From positions 70,744,001 through 70,808,000 of the forward strand of contig NC_086108.1 of assembly GCF_963921235.1 (NCBI RefSeq): 64,000 nt of DNA, written 5' to 3'. How positions within the stretch are numbered: position 1 is the stretch's first letter; each line of letters starts with the position of its first letter. The DNA is from Mobula hypostoma. Taxonomy: Eukaryota. A program made the translations under genes and the position numbers. The notes below the pieces were generated by a model, which worked only from the letters and a program-made list of their open reading frames with translations, was not told the DNA's origin and made no database searches. Of this stretch, positions 27,720 to 39,544 are shown in pieces.

Positions 27720-28585
27720 TAGTGCGCATGCACCGATCGTGCATGCAGCCTGTTACAGCCATTCTGACGAGTATTCTTACATTTTTCTTCTTACTTTTTT
27801 AACTTACATTATTTGTTGTTTTTTTTTCACGGTAACACGTTGAAGCTGCACCCTCTCTAACATGCTGGTGGAGAGAGTTTTATTTGGGTTTTTAGTGCTG
27901 GAGATAGTTACTTTCGGACAAGTCTCATTAGCGGGGCAGCAGTATGGTCGCATTGTTCATTCCAGGGACCAGCTGATTGCGCTTATGCCGGCCGGTTTAG
28001 CGAGCAGAGCGGCGGACACCCCTGCTGAAATCTGGAGGAAGACACACAGAGGATGCAGAGGGGGATCACAAAGGCGAGGAAAGAGGACCGGGTCGAGACA
28101 ACAGAGACTTATGGAGAAGAGGAGTTTGGTGGGTAATAAAATGGATGAGTTGACGGCGCTAGCCAGGCGTTAGAGAACATTTTGGGAGAGCAGTGTTATG
28201 TGTTTTACTGAAACGTGGCTGCACGAGGACATACCCGATCAAATCTTTTCCATGGACGGCTTCCAGACCGTTCGGGCTGACTGGAAGTGCACTGAGAGCA
28301 GTAAGCGTAAAGGAGTTGGGTGCTTACTGTTCTGGTTAACAATGGATGGTGCAATCCAGGTCATATTACAATCGAGGAATGTGTTTGTAGACTGGATATT
28401 GAACTTTTTGCTGTTGGACCCCTGCCATATTCCACCGAGATACAACACTGGGCGCCACGGGAGTTTGTTCCTGCCTGTGGCCATCGAACTTTGCAGCTCC
28501 TCCCATGGAGGGTCAGACACCCTGAGCCAATAGGCTGGTCCTGGACTTATTTCCATCTGGCATAGTTTGTATTTTGTTGTTTAAC
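27720..28585 (+). mobile_element. Internally deleted Rex1/Babar-type LINE (5' end plus APE N-terminus joined to the 3' end)
   Basis: Leader peptide ...SRDQLIAL...RGCRGG, then NKMDEL and MCFTETWLH (APE N-terminus). Near 28425 it jumps to the C-terminal F.PVAI.L segment and a 3' UTR. Confidence 0.65.
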
Positions 28586-28653
28586 CTCTTTATTTATAAT
28601 ATACATAGTTTGCCCTTTCTCTTCCGCACACAGGCCTACATTTCCTTACTATA

Positions 28654-28750
28654 AACAGCAGAAGGGTCTCGGCCTGAAACGTCGACTGCACCTCTTCCTA
28701 GAGATGCTGCCTGGCCTGCTGCGTTAACCAGCAACTTTTATGTGTGTTGT
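28654..28750 (+). mobile_element. 97-bp PLE pLTR fragment with 13-bp TSD
   Basis: TTTCCTTACTATA at 28641-28653 and 28751-28763 flanks gaagggtctcggcctgaaacgtcgactg...tgtgtgttg. Confidence 0.85.
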
Positions 28751-28921
28751 TTTCCTTACTATATGTATCCTTAATGACTAAAACCATAAATGAATTTAGT
28801 TGCACCATTTCATACTCATTTTATAAAATTTCACCAAATTAAACATAATTAAATTCATGCAACATACATCAAAGTTGCTGGTGAACGCAGCAGGCCAAAC
28901 AGCATCTATAGGAAGAGGTGC

Positions 28922-28957
28922 AGTCGACGTTTCAGGCCGAGACCCTTCGTCAGGACT
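28922..28957 (-). ncRNA. Minimal type I hammerhead ribozyme (intact core)
   Basis: Minus strand reads AGUC-CUGACGA-AGGGUCUCGGCCU-GAAAC-GUC-GACU. Stem I is AGUC/GACU, stem II is GGGU/GCCU, and helix III is the palindromic ACGU. Confidence 0.85.
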
Positions 28958-29767
28958 AACTGAAGGAAGAGTGAGTAAGGGATTTGAAAGCTGGAGGGGG
29001 AGGGGGAGATGCAAAATGATAGGAGAAGACAGGAGGGGGAGGGATAGAGCCGAGAGCTGGACAGGTGATAAGCAAAAGGGATACGAGAGGATCATGGGAC
29101 AGGAGGTCCGGGAAGAAAGACAAGCGGGGGGGGGGTGACCCAGAGGATGGGCAAGAGGTATATTCAGAGGGACTGAGGGAGAAAAAGGAGAGTGAGAGAA
29201 AGAATGTGTGCATAAAAATGAGTAACAGATGGGGTACGAGGGGGAGGTGGGGCCTAGCGGAAGTTAGAGAAGTCAATGTTCATGCCATCAGGTTGGAGGC
29301 TACCCAGACGGAATATAAGGTGTTGTTCCTCCAACCTGAGTGTGGCTTCATCTTTACAGTAGAGGAGGCCGTGGATAGACATGTCAGAATGGGAATGGGA
29401 TGTGGAATTAAAATGTGTGGCCACTGGGAGATCCTGCTTTCTCTGGCGGACAGAGCGTAGATGTTCAGCAAAGCGGTCTCCCAGTCTGCGTCGGGTCTCA
29501 CCAATATATAAAAGGCCACATCGGGAGCACCGGACACTCTCCTTTTTCTCCCTCTGTCCCTCTGAATATACCTCTTGCCCATCCTCTGGGTCACCCCCCC
29601 CCGTCTTTCTTCCCGGACCTCCTGTCCCATGATCCTCTCGTATCCCCTTTTGCCTATCACCTGTCCAGCTCTTGGCTCTATCCCTCCCCCTCCTGTCTTC
29701 TCCTATCATTTTGCATCTCCCCCTCCCCCTCCAGCTTTCAAATCCCTTACTCACTCTTCCTTCAGTT

Positions 29768-29803
29768 AGTCCTGACGAAGGGTCTCGGCCTGAAACGTCG
29801 ACT
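29768..29803 (+). ncRNA. Minimal type I hammerhead ribozyme (intact core)
   Basis: Same 36-nt sequence as the 28922-28957 copy but on the plus strand. Predicted cleavage after GUC at 29799. Confidence 0.85.
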
Positions 29804-29984
29804 GCGCCTCTTCCTATAGATGCTGCTTGGCCTGCTGTGTTCACCAGCAACTTTGATGTATGTTGCTTGAATTTCCAGCATCTGCAGAATTCCTGTTGTT
29901 TGCGTTTTTATAATTAAATTCATAGTAATTTTGCACAATTTCATGGTAATTCCATTAAATTCTGACCTTTTTATGTATTTTAGG

Positions 29985-31200
29985 AAGTTATGGCTAGGCA
30001 GCAGCTATCAGTGGAGGAGTGAAGGAGACGAAACAGGGAATACCAAAAAAAAGCGGAGAGAGAAAATATACAGTGAGCCAGAGTTAAAGGAGGAATACCT
30101 GAGAAAGGAAAATCAAAGATGGAAGAAGAGAGGAGAGGATGGGAAGATAAAAACTATCAGTGATTTGAATGAAAGGGAAAAGAGGAGTAGGAGAAAGGTG
30201 TGGAAACGTGGACAACAAGAGTCAAGAGGGCATAACAGAAAGGGCCCAGAACGCCCAGCAACTCCCCCAGATAGTCCATTGGATCAGACTATACAGGAGC
30301 CAGCTCGCAGTAAGCAAGCTATAGCAGGGGAAAGGGAAAGAAAGAAAGCAAGAGCAAGATACTTGAGAGAGATGAAAGCTTTGAAAAATAAACTTTAAGA
30401 GATAATAAAAGACAGGAACAAACTGAAAAAGCGTTGGCGATGAGAGCAAACTAGAAATAAAAAAAAACACACTAAGAAAAAACACAGAGCAGATGCTACA
30501 GGGAAGCAAAATCTTCCATGAGATTATTGGGAGAAGCCTTTGTAGTACTTAGTTCTATCATATTGCTGAAGGTGACATGCAGACATATGATGCACTCCTT
30601 TCTCACCACTAAAACCTGTACCAGCAATGAGGAAAATCCATCAGGTCATACCTTACGGAAACAGCATCCATTGCAGATCATTATCATGTTTCTGCAGTGA
30701 GCTACAGATGTGCCAGTGTTTCAGCCCAACAACATTTCAGTTGACTGAAAGTACACATGCCAGGGTACAGGCTGAGGAGAATGATGGCTCTACCACAATG
30801 GGAAAGAACGGAGGGCCTTTGGCAATGCTGATGGAGGAAATGGATCAGGAACCCCAGAGTGGTCCTGATGGGACTACGACAGATATATCTGCTGGTGTCA
30901 TTAATTGTGGAGATTGGCTTGCAGTCATTTATGACCAAAATTGGTGGTTAGCAAAGGCAGTCACTGTAGATGCTCATCATCAAGATATTCAAGTGGAGTT
31001 TTTCTACCCTCATGGGCCCAACACGCGCTTTCATCCGAAGCCAGGTGGAAAGGATATGTGCTTCATGCCAGTTGAAGATATTCTGGTCAAACTGATGGAG
31101 CCATCATCACCGGGTTGTGCAAGCAGGACCTGTCTGCTGAAGTCATGGACTTCATAGAGAAGGAGCATATTAATCATCTACTTCCTGATAAGGCTGACTG
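29985..31200 (+). mobile_element. DNA transposon remnant, possibly Sola-type, catalytic core apparently deleted
   Basis: Highly basic/coiled N-terminal ORF (29931-30398) and C-terminal ORF 30627-31157 with KIHQVI..RSLSCFC..CQC and GDWLAVIYDQNWW..VEFFYPHGP motifs, which I recall from transposase C-termini. A short repeat, caccaccgtcagat x2, lies near 31450-31485. Confidence 0.45.
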
Positions 31201-33127
31201 AACATTTTCGAAGATTTTCAAGCCCAGAAATGGATAGAACTTTTTTTTAGTTCCTGGTGTGTTTTCTGATGTTCATGCTTAAACATTGCAGTTGTACTGT
31301 AGTTTTCATTTTGCTGTTTACCGTTGTTGTTAATATGTACGTGACAAATTGTTGTTTGTTGTACCAAATTGTTAAATAGAGTTGTTAGGCGAGGAAGCAT
31401 TGACTTGAGTGGTGAAAAGGTTGGAATTATTTGTTGTAATTAGGCCACTGCCACCACCGTCAGATCTCAGTCACCACCGTCAGATGGAACTTACTTTGTT
31501 TTAAATTAATATGCTTACAATCTGTTCCTCCAAAACAGTTGATTTATTAAAGTAATTGTCTCTTTAAAATTAAAAATGTTTTTTATGTCCAAAATTGTTA
31601 TTTTGCATATTTAATGCTAATGATAAAAGTTACATGATGTAAGAGTTTTTAAAGGAGTACACATGAAATAGTATAAAAAATGAACAAAAGTGAATATTCA
31701 ACATTTAATAGTGTATATGTGTACCTATGGTGTAGACACAATGATTTAAAAGCTCTAAATCTATATGACTAAATAAATAGGAATAATTAGCTTTTTATTG
31801 TGTCTGACTGTGTTGACAAAAACTAAGTAATGACAGGAAAAACACATATTTTATGAAAAAATTACAAAATCAGGAGGTTGCACCAAAATGTCACTTGATT
31901 GCTGAGACCTTGTTCTATAAACATATCAGTTTAGATTTCTTAACATTTAATTATTTTTCTTTTCAAAATTAAAACCTGTTTTATCCAAATTCTCAAGAAT
32001 CAGTGCAATGATATCACTGGTTTAACAAAGACTGAGTTAAGAACTTTAAAATCACTTATCCCACAAAAATCTGTTAACTGAGCTGAAGCTGAACAGATGA
32101 ACTAATGGATTAGCTCAAAAATGAAAATGGAGGCAAAATAGGAAAGATGAGCTATTCGCTGTCTAAATTTGCATACTTCTTCCTTCACTCCTTGCAGATT
32201 AGCTCTAAAGAAGGACAATTACCTCTCCAGAAGAATCTTGGTTGATTCATTGTCACAAATACTTGATCTTCAAGACACATTTTTTCCAATTGAATTGAAT
32301 AAATGTGAACAATTTAATTATTCCTGAAAACCCTGGGTAATTGAATAAAATGTTCCAAAAGGCTGCAGACTTGCAAGCACTTGTGCTTATTATTAAGTTC
32401 CTATATTGAGAAAAGGATAATATTAATATCACAGCAGAATTGTAGTCAATTCCCATTAGATTCTGATAACTGCCTCATTTGCATTATGAAAACATTTAAT
32501 AACATTCGTGTACTTTGACTAGTAAAGCTGTCTGCCTCCTGTTTGAGTATAAAACCAATCATATCACATGGATTTTACTGAGGGGTCTTACTTACGCAAA
32601 ATAAAGCCTGAATTGAAGGAAATTAGGAAGGCATTATTTATCTTTATGTCCCTGTGAGGCACAAATATTGCACATTTCTCTATCTGAATTATTTTTAGGC
32701 CTGCTCCTGTTTTTGACAGGAAAATTGGCTCCTAAGCCAGTGATAGAACAGGAGGCACTCCAGTAGTAAACCAGCATTTATGGTGAGATTCTTATCCTGC
32801 TAATGCTTGGTGTAGTGTAGGGACTCATGACAAGATGTAAAATGCAGAATGTAAGTCACTCATTCTTTCATGAAGCAGAGAGATTCACTATCCCTTCAAG
32901 CAGAGGTTAATAATACATGCTAATATGTGTGATGATAGTGAAGTTATAATTGAAATGTTCCAGAAGGAAATGACTCCAAAACAACTCTGCCATACTTTAG
33001 CAACCTCGTGCATAATAGTTGTACAACATTAGCATGAATGAGAATCCATTTAATAGACCTACTCATTTTTATTTCTTATTGTTATTGCAGAAAGTCACTG
33101 AGTCCATCTGAGAGGTATTATAAAGTA

Positions 33128-33280
33128 CTGGTCGACCTTCACTAATCTAGCACCACCGGGACCTGAGGAGTGCCGGATTAGTGAAAATGCTGAATTACAG
33201 AAGGATCACATTAAACATAATGAGTGCTGGATTATCGAAGGAACCGGATTACAGGCAGTCGGATTAGCGCAGGTCGACTG
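33128..33280. mobile_element. Tigger/pogo-like MITE
   Basis: Imperfect TIRs ggtcgaccttcactaatc / gattagcgcaggtcgactg, internal ccggatta repeats, and TA on the left flank. Confidence 0.6.
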
Positions 33281-34820
33281 TGGTAGCTAATTAACCTACC
33301 AGCACTTATTTGCTGTGCAGGAGAAGAAAACTAGAGCAGTCAGTGAAAACTCATGTGATTACAGAGAACATCAGAGGTCAAGATTGAATGTAAGTACATA
33401 GAATTGTGAGGTACTAATTATTGCTCCACTGAAGACTGAACTAGAAATAGTTAGTCATGGAGTAATGGAGAAGTACAGCCCAGAAAAAGGCCCTTTGGCC
33501 TCTCTAGTCTGTGCTGAACCATTTAAACTGCCCACTTCCTTCAATCTGTACCAAAACCATGGCCCTCCATACCCCTACCATCCACGTACCAACCTAAACT
33601 TGTCTTAAGCATTGAAATCAAGCTTGCATGCTCCACTTGTGCTGACAGATTGTTTCACACTCTCTGACCCTCTGACTGAAGAAGTTTCCCATCCTGTTCC
33701 TCTTAAACTTTTCACCTTCCACCCTTAACCCATGACTTCTAGTTGTGGTCCCACCCATCCTCAGAGGAAATATGCTCAGATAGAGATAAACCATCTTTAA
33801 AATGGCCAGAAAAGAGAGAGGAGAGGAAAGAGCAAAAGTCCACGATTGAGTAGACGGAGAAATTAAATGATAAAAGGTTACAAAAGCCTAGAGGAGCTGA
33901 AAATGTTGAACAGGTATCTGTAATAATGAAAAGAATACTGATAATCAAAAATGCTTATCATCTGAAAAGGTTAAACGCATGTAATCCATCAATAGAAGGT
34001 GAGGTGTTGCTCCATCTTGTGTTCTGCTAATATGGAACAGTGTAGGGGATTGTAGATACAGGCGTCAGAACAGAGTGAGAGGAAGGATGAAAGTGAATAG
34101 TGAGCAGAAGGTGAGGGTATAACATGTGGACTAAGGTGGGTATTCTGCAAAGTGGCCATGCTATTTGCTTTTGGTCTCTTGATATGGAGAAATCACATCA
34201 TGAATAATAAGAAAAGGTAACAGAAATAAACTACTGCCTTGTGTGAAGAAGAGTATTTAATGAGAAGATTTGCATTTTGATTTGGTTATATATCTATGAT
34301 TATTTATACAGACTTCTTCGGCAAAGAGCGGACAGCTTCTTTGTAATATCTAAGATATAGCATATGTTCAGAACCACAGGGATTTAATGAGCAGAAACAC
34401 AGATATAATTTCAAAAGGAAATATTCTAACACAACAGAAAATATCAAATGTATCAACAGCACAGTGTTACTTAACAGAGATTTCCATCTAATATTTTATG
34501 TAAACTACACTATATACTGTTTAATACGTGTGGAATATAGGATTAATTTTCTTTCATGTTCTTCTATCTTGTTTAACTGATGATCAAAATAAAGTACCAG
34601 ATAAGGTTTTGAATAAATCATTTTATTTAATAATTTTGAAATGAAATAGAATAAATCTAGAAATATTTGAGATTTGTAAAACAGTAAAACGAAACTAAGA
34701 ATTAATAGTTTAAAAATAGTATACCAGCAATTATAATAAACAAAATCTTTAAAATACCAGTATGCAATTACTTTGCATATCATCCTTCAGTCTACAGTTT
34801 TAATGGGCAGTAAATAGTCT

Positions 34821-35550
34821 CAGACATCCCACCCTGCAAAAACTCATTTCAGGGAGGTAGCACCATCAATTTGCGGGAGACTTCCGGGAGAGGTGGGATG
34901 TCTGCAATAGAGTAGCTCTTTAGCAGCTAGCCAGCTAGTTTAAATAACGTTAGCTATGCTAATGAATGAATGACACCTGTTAAACTCACCTCAACATGTC
35001 TTTTACATTTTAACCCACCATGGGCGATAGAAAAGTCACTGTTGCAAACAGTGCAGCGAGCAACATTGTCATTATTTTTGACCCCTATTAGGCGGGGTAC
35101 ACTTTAGGGTAGTATGGGGTGACGTACGATTTATATTTTCTTTTTTGGAACACTCTCCCATGGCACGCTCTCGCTCGCGCACTCTCGCTTGCTTTCCCTC
35201 TCGCTCGGTCTCTCTCATGGTCGCTCTCACGCTTTCTCACTCGCTCGCGCTCTCTCCCTCTTTCGCTCTTGCTCGCTTGCTCACGCGCTCTCGCTTGCTC
35301 TCTCTCTCGTGCTCGCTCTCGCGCTCTCTCTCTCTCTCCCTCTCCCTCCCTCTCTCTCGCTTGCTTGCGCTTGCTCTTGCTCTCTCTCGTGGTCGCTCTT
35401 GGGCTTTCTCTTTTGCTTTCTCTCTCACGCTGTCTCGCTCGCTCTCAAAAAAATTGATTTCCGTGACATTATATATAATTTGTGGGCATCAGGGAGCCAC
35501 TATTAATATGTGGGAGACTCCCGGAATTTTCGGGAGAGGTGGGATGTCTG
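34821..35550. mobile_element. Non-autonomous hAT-like DNA transposon, 13-bp TIR, 6-bp TSD
   Basis: CAGACATCCCACC at 34821 and GGTGGGATGTCTG at 35538-35550; TAGTCT at 34815-34820 and 35551-35556; subterminal cgggag repeats; internal CT/CGCT low-complexity tract at ~35165-35445. Confidence 0.8.
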
Positions 35551-36687
35551 TAGTCTAATGTGAGTAAGTCATTGTTTATGTTAATATTGTAGATATAACT
35601 TTTGAATGAACAGACTAGTAACGCTGTATATTTCCAAATACTGAAGAAGATATGTAGGGATATTATACTTTTCTTGGCTAAAATACTGTCTGGTAAAATA
35701 AATGTCCTGAACTTTTTTTTGGTCAGAAAGAATGAAAATAAACAAAATATGTTCTGTTAATCCTTTTCATCAACAGATGCCATTTCAGAGTAAAACTCCA
35801 GTCCAACACCACTTCACTTGACAGTAGAACAACAAGTAAGGATTTACACTTGCAAATTCAAGAGTAAATTTGCACACCCTGTAACTGTGCTGAGAGAGCT
35901 ACAGAAATACTGGGTAGAAAAAAATTGATATAATCTTTTATGATTCCCTGTCCAAACTTCCAGTAGGTGGGGGTGGAGCTCATGGAAATTATTATTTCCA
36001 GCAGACCAAGACATGACCACTTACAATTTCATGCAATGGGTTTTTGAAATTTTAAACCTCTCTTTTGAACATTAAATAGACATTTTATTAGTTTGTAACA
36101 GCATAATATAGCTAATTACCGCAACCTTACACCTTGCCTATGATTCTCAGTTATGGGTAAGAGGGTGACCAACAAGTATAGCTGAAAATATGGTTTGTCA
36201 TTCCATTCTAAAAGCTTTTGGACATCTCAGCTCTGTCTTGACTTATGATCTTTGGTGCAGTAACTGGAAGCCAATTAATCAGTATAAATGCTGTAGTACC
36301 TCAATAAACTTCGACACTGCAGGAGAATTCGCCGAGTAAGTTTGGCACTTCTGAGTTAAAGTTGTAGTACTGAAAGTTGCAGGCATTTGGCAGTATTTGA
36401 GAAATTCAGCAACCCAGCAAAATGCAGGCCAGTATATTCAATTGTGTTTCCAATCAACCACCTTGGGGCCCACATCAGATACAGAGTATTGTCAGATATA
36501 GTGCTTCTGTTCAAAAACATTGAGCAGCATTACCAAGTATTTTGTCCCATATACAGTATGTATCACTGTTGAAGCCTGTGATAGCTGCACAGTACAGTGA
36601 CCAGCACTGGTCCACTATATTTTCCAGGGAGACAAATGCAGACTCTATAGAACTGAGGCAAAACAGAAGTGAAGTCATGGACCGTAT

Positions 36688-37284
36688 ACTTTATACTTTA
36701 TTATCGCCAAACAATTGATACTAGAACGTACAATCATCACAGCGATATTTGATTCTGCGCTTCCCACTCCCTGGATTACAAATATTAAAAATAGTAAAAA
36801 TTAGTAAATATTAGAAAATTAAATTATAAATCATAATTAGAAAATAGAAAAATGGAAAGTAAGGTAGTGCAAAAAAACCGAGAGGCAGGTCCGGATGTTT
36901 GGAGGTTACGGCCCAGATCCGGGTCAGGATCCGTTTAGCAGTCTATCACAGTTGGAAAGAAGCTGTTCCCAACTCTGGCCGTACGAGTCTTCAAGCTCCT
37001 GAGCCTTCTCCCAGAGGGAAGAGGGATGAAAAGTGTGTTGGCTGGGTGGGTCGTGTCCTTGATTATCCTGGCAACACTGCTCCGACAGCGTGCGGTGTAA
37101 AGTGAGTCCAAGGACGAAAGATTGGTTTGTGTGATGTGCTGTGCCGTGTTCACAATCTTCTGCAGCTTCTTTCGGTCTTGGAAAGGACAACTTCCATACC
37201 AGGTTGTGATGCACCCTAGAAGAATGCTTTCTATGGTGCATCTATAAAAATTAGTGAGGGTTTTAGGGGACAGGCCAAATTTCT
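36688..37284 (-). mobile_element. Rex1/Babar 3' fragment, same subfamily as 25174-27481
   Basis: Near-identical to 25174-25775. Confidence 0.93.
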
Positions 37285-37299
37285 GAGAAATACAGATTA

Positions 37300-39132
37300 C
37301 GGAGAAGGATGTGTTTGCTGTTGAAGCAAACTGGGATGGACAAATCCTCAGGGCCTGACAAGGTGTTCTCTTGGACCCAGTAGGAGGCTAGTGCAGAAAT
37401 TGCTGGGGCCCTAGCAGAGATATTTAAAACATTCTTGACCATGGGTGAGGTGCTGGAGGATTGAAGGGTAGCTAATGTTGTTCTCTTGTTTAAGCAAGGC
37501 TCTAAGAATAAGCTGGGATTTGTTTGCTGGTGAGCCTGATATCAGAAGGGAGTAAGTTACTGGAAAGTATTCTCAGTGACCAGATAGATAAGTATTTGAA
37601 CAGAGAGGGACTGATTAGAGGTAGTCAACATGGCTATGTGTATGCAAGGTTGTATCTAACCAATCTTAGAGACTTTCGAGTAAGTTTTTAGGAAAGTTGA
37701 TGAGAGCAAGGCGGTGGACTTGAGCAAGGCCCTTGACAAGGTCTCTCATGAGAGGCTGGTCAAGAAGCTTCAGGGACCTGGCATTCAGGATGAGGTAGTA
37801 AACTGGATTAGACATTGGCTTTGGAGAAGACAGAGTGGAAGCAGATGGTGGCCTCTCTGACTGCAGGGCTGTAATTAGTGATGTGGTGCAGGGACTGATG
37901 TTGGGTCCGTTGTTGTTTGTCATCTATATTAACGATCTGGATGATTATGTGGTAAACTCGATAGGCAAGTTTGCAGATGACACCAAGATTGGGGGTGTAG
38001 TGGACAGCAAGGTAGGCTATGAAAGCTTGCTGACGGATCTGAACCACCTAGAAAAAATGGCAGCTAGGATTCTGTCTATGGAAGTATGATGTGTTGCACT
38101 TTGGGAGGCCAAACCAAGGTAGGACTTGAACGGTGAGCAGTAGAACAGAAAGATCTGGGAATACAGATCCATAATTCCTTGAAAGTGGTGTTACAGGTAG
38201 ACGGAGTCTTAAAGAGGGCTTTTAACACATTAGCCTTTATAAACCAAAGTACTGAGTACAGGAGTTGACGATATTATGTTGAAGTTGTATAAGATGTTCT
38301 TGAGGCCTAATTTGGAGTGTGGCGTGCAGCCAAGTGGTTAAGGCATTGGACTAGCGATCTGAAGATTGTGAGTTCGAGCCCCAGCCACTGCAGTGTGTTG
38401 TGTCCTTGAGCAAGGCACTTAACCACACACTGCTCCAGTCCACCCAGCTGAAAATGGGTACTGGCAAAATGCTGGGGTCTAACCTCGCGATAGACTGGTG
38501 TCCTATCCGTGGGGGAGTCTAGTACTCTCAGTCGCTTTATGCCACGGAAACCAGCATAAGCACCGGCCTGATGAACCTATAAGGCTCAGGACTGTCTTTA
38601 GCTTTTAACTAATTTGGAGTATTGTGTGCAGTTCTGGTCACCAACCTACAGGAAAGGTATCAAAAAGTGCAGAGAAAATTTGCAAAGATGTTGCCAGGAC
38701 TTCAGGACCTGAGTAATCTGGAAAGGTTGAACAGGTCAGGAATTTATTCCCTTGAGCAAAGGAGAATGAGGGGAGATTTGATTGAGGTATACAAAATTGA
38801 GGGGTATAGATAGGGTAAATGCAGGTGGGGTTTATCCACTGAGATTAGTTGAAATTAGAACTAGAGGTCATAGTTTAAGGGTGAAAGGTGAAATGTTTAA
38901 GGGGAACATGAGAGGGAACTTCACTCAGAGGGTGAGCAAGTGTGGAACAAGCTGACAGCAGAAGTGATGGATGCGATTCAATTTCAACATTTAAGAGAAA
39001 GTTAGATAAGTACATGGATGGGAGGTATACGGAAGACTATGGTCTGGGTACAGGTCGATGAGACTAGGCAGAATAATAGCTCAACTTGGCCTAGATGGGC
39101 CAAAGGGCCTGTTTCCGTGCTGTAGTGTTCTA
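37300..39132 (+). mobile_element. Degraded CR1-type LINE
   Basis: [26 protein letters not shown] and RRMRGDLIEVYKI; 3' UTR ending gtgctgtagtgttcta. Confidence 0.88.
38319..38608 (+). mobile_element. tRNA-derived SINE with 12-bp TSD, nested in CR1
   Basis: A box agccaagtgg and B box gagttcgagcc; central gtgtccttgagcaaggcacttaacc; TSD CTAATTTGGAGT at 38307-38318 and 38609-38620. Confidence 0.9.
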
Positions 39133-39544
39133 TAAGAAGCAGTAAAATAAACCTGCTTCTCCTCCCACTGCTTTACAGCACCCGAAAGTCATAGAATGAA
39201 AAGCTTTGTCCTTATAATTTGTAACAGCCAATAGTAATCATATTAAGTTCAGTTTCTACCAAACTATTAAATGTACACGAGTGTATAAAAAAAATTGTCA
39301 CAGGCTCTTTTGTTCACAAATATTGAAAATATTTTAAATGGAAGATTCTTGCAACCTCGAAGCTTCGGAATAGTCAAGAGTGTAATGTTTTTATGAATAT
39401 GTAACTCCAAAACATAATTCATAAAGACTCTCTTGTGTTCTAAATTTAACTTGTTAATGAATGTTCCCTGTTACAATTGGTTTTATGAAGACAAGCTAAT
39501 ACTTACAATGCTCTTTAATCACCGTAGAGCAAATTGAATGGAGT

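Larger units (their letters stand above)
28859..29909 (-). mobile_element. Young 5'-truncated Penelope-like element with inverted pLTR (fold-back) and 14-bp TSD
   Basis: GIY-YIG C-terminal half RCSRCGLLYIGETRRRLGDRFAEH...LGSLQPDGMN at 29254-29534 (minus strand). Arms 28859-29194 and 29535-29866 are inverted copies. TSD ATAATTAAATTCAT at 28845-28858 and 29910-29923. Confidence 0.93.

Noticed and set aside
29254..29850. 198-aa ORF as a novel GIY-YIG fusion gene
   Set aside because: It is a chance in-frame junction between the inverted pLTR arm and a truncated endonuclease that lacks its first motif; the start codon is non-ATG.
35119..35558. Overlapping Ser/Leu/Arg-rich ORFs
   Set aside because: Artefacts of the CT/CGCT low-complexity tract.
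38319..38390. tRNA gene
   Set aside because: It is the head of a SINE bounded by TSDs; the same applies to 46780-46851.
38545..38592. GAAAC and CTGATGA motifs in the SINE tail as another hammerhead
   Set aside because: I could not build convincing stems I-III around an NUH triplet in this copy.
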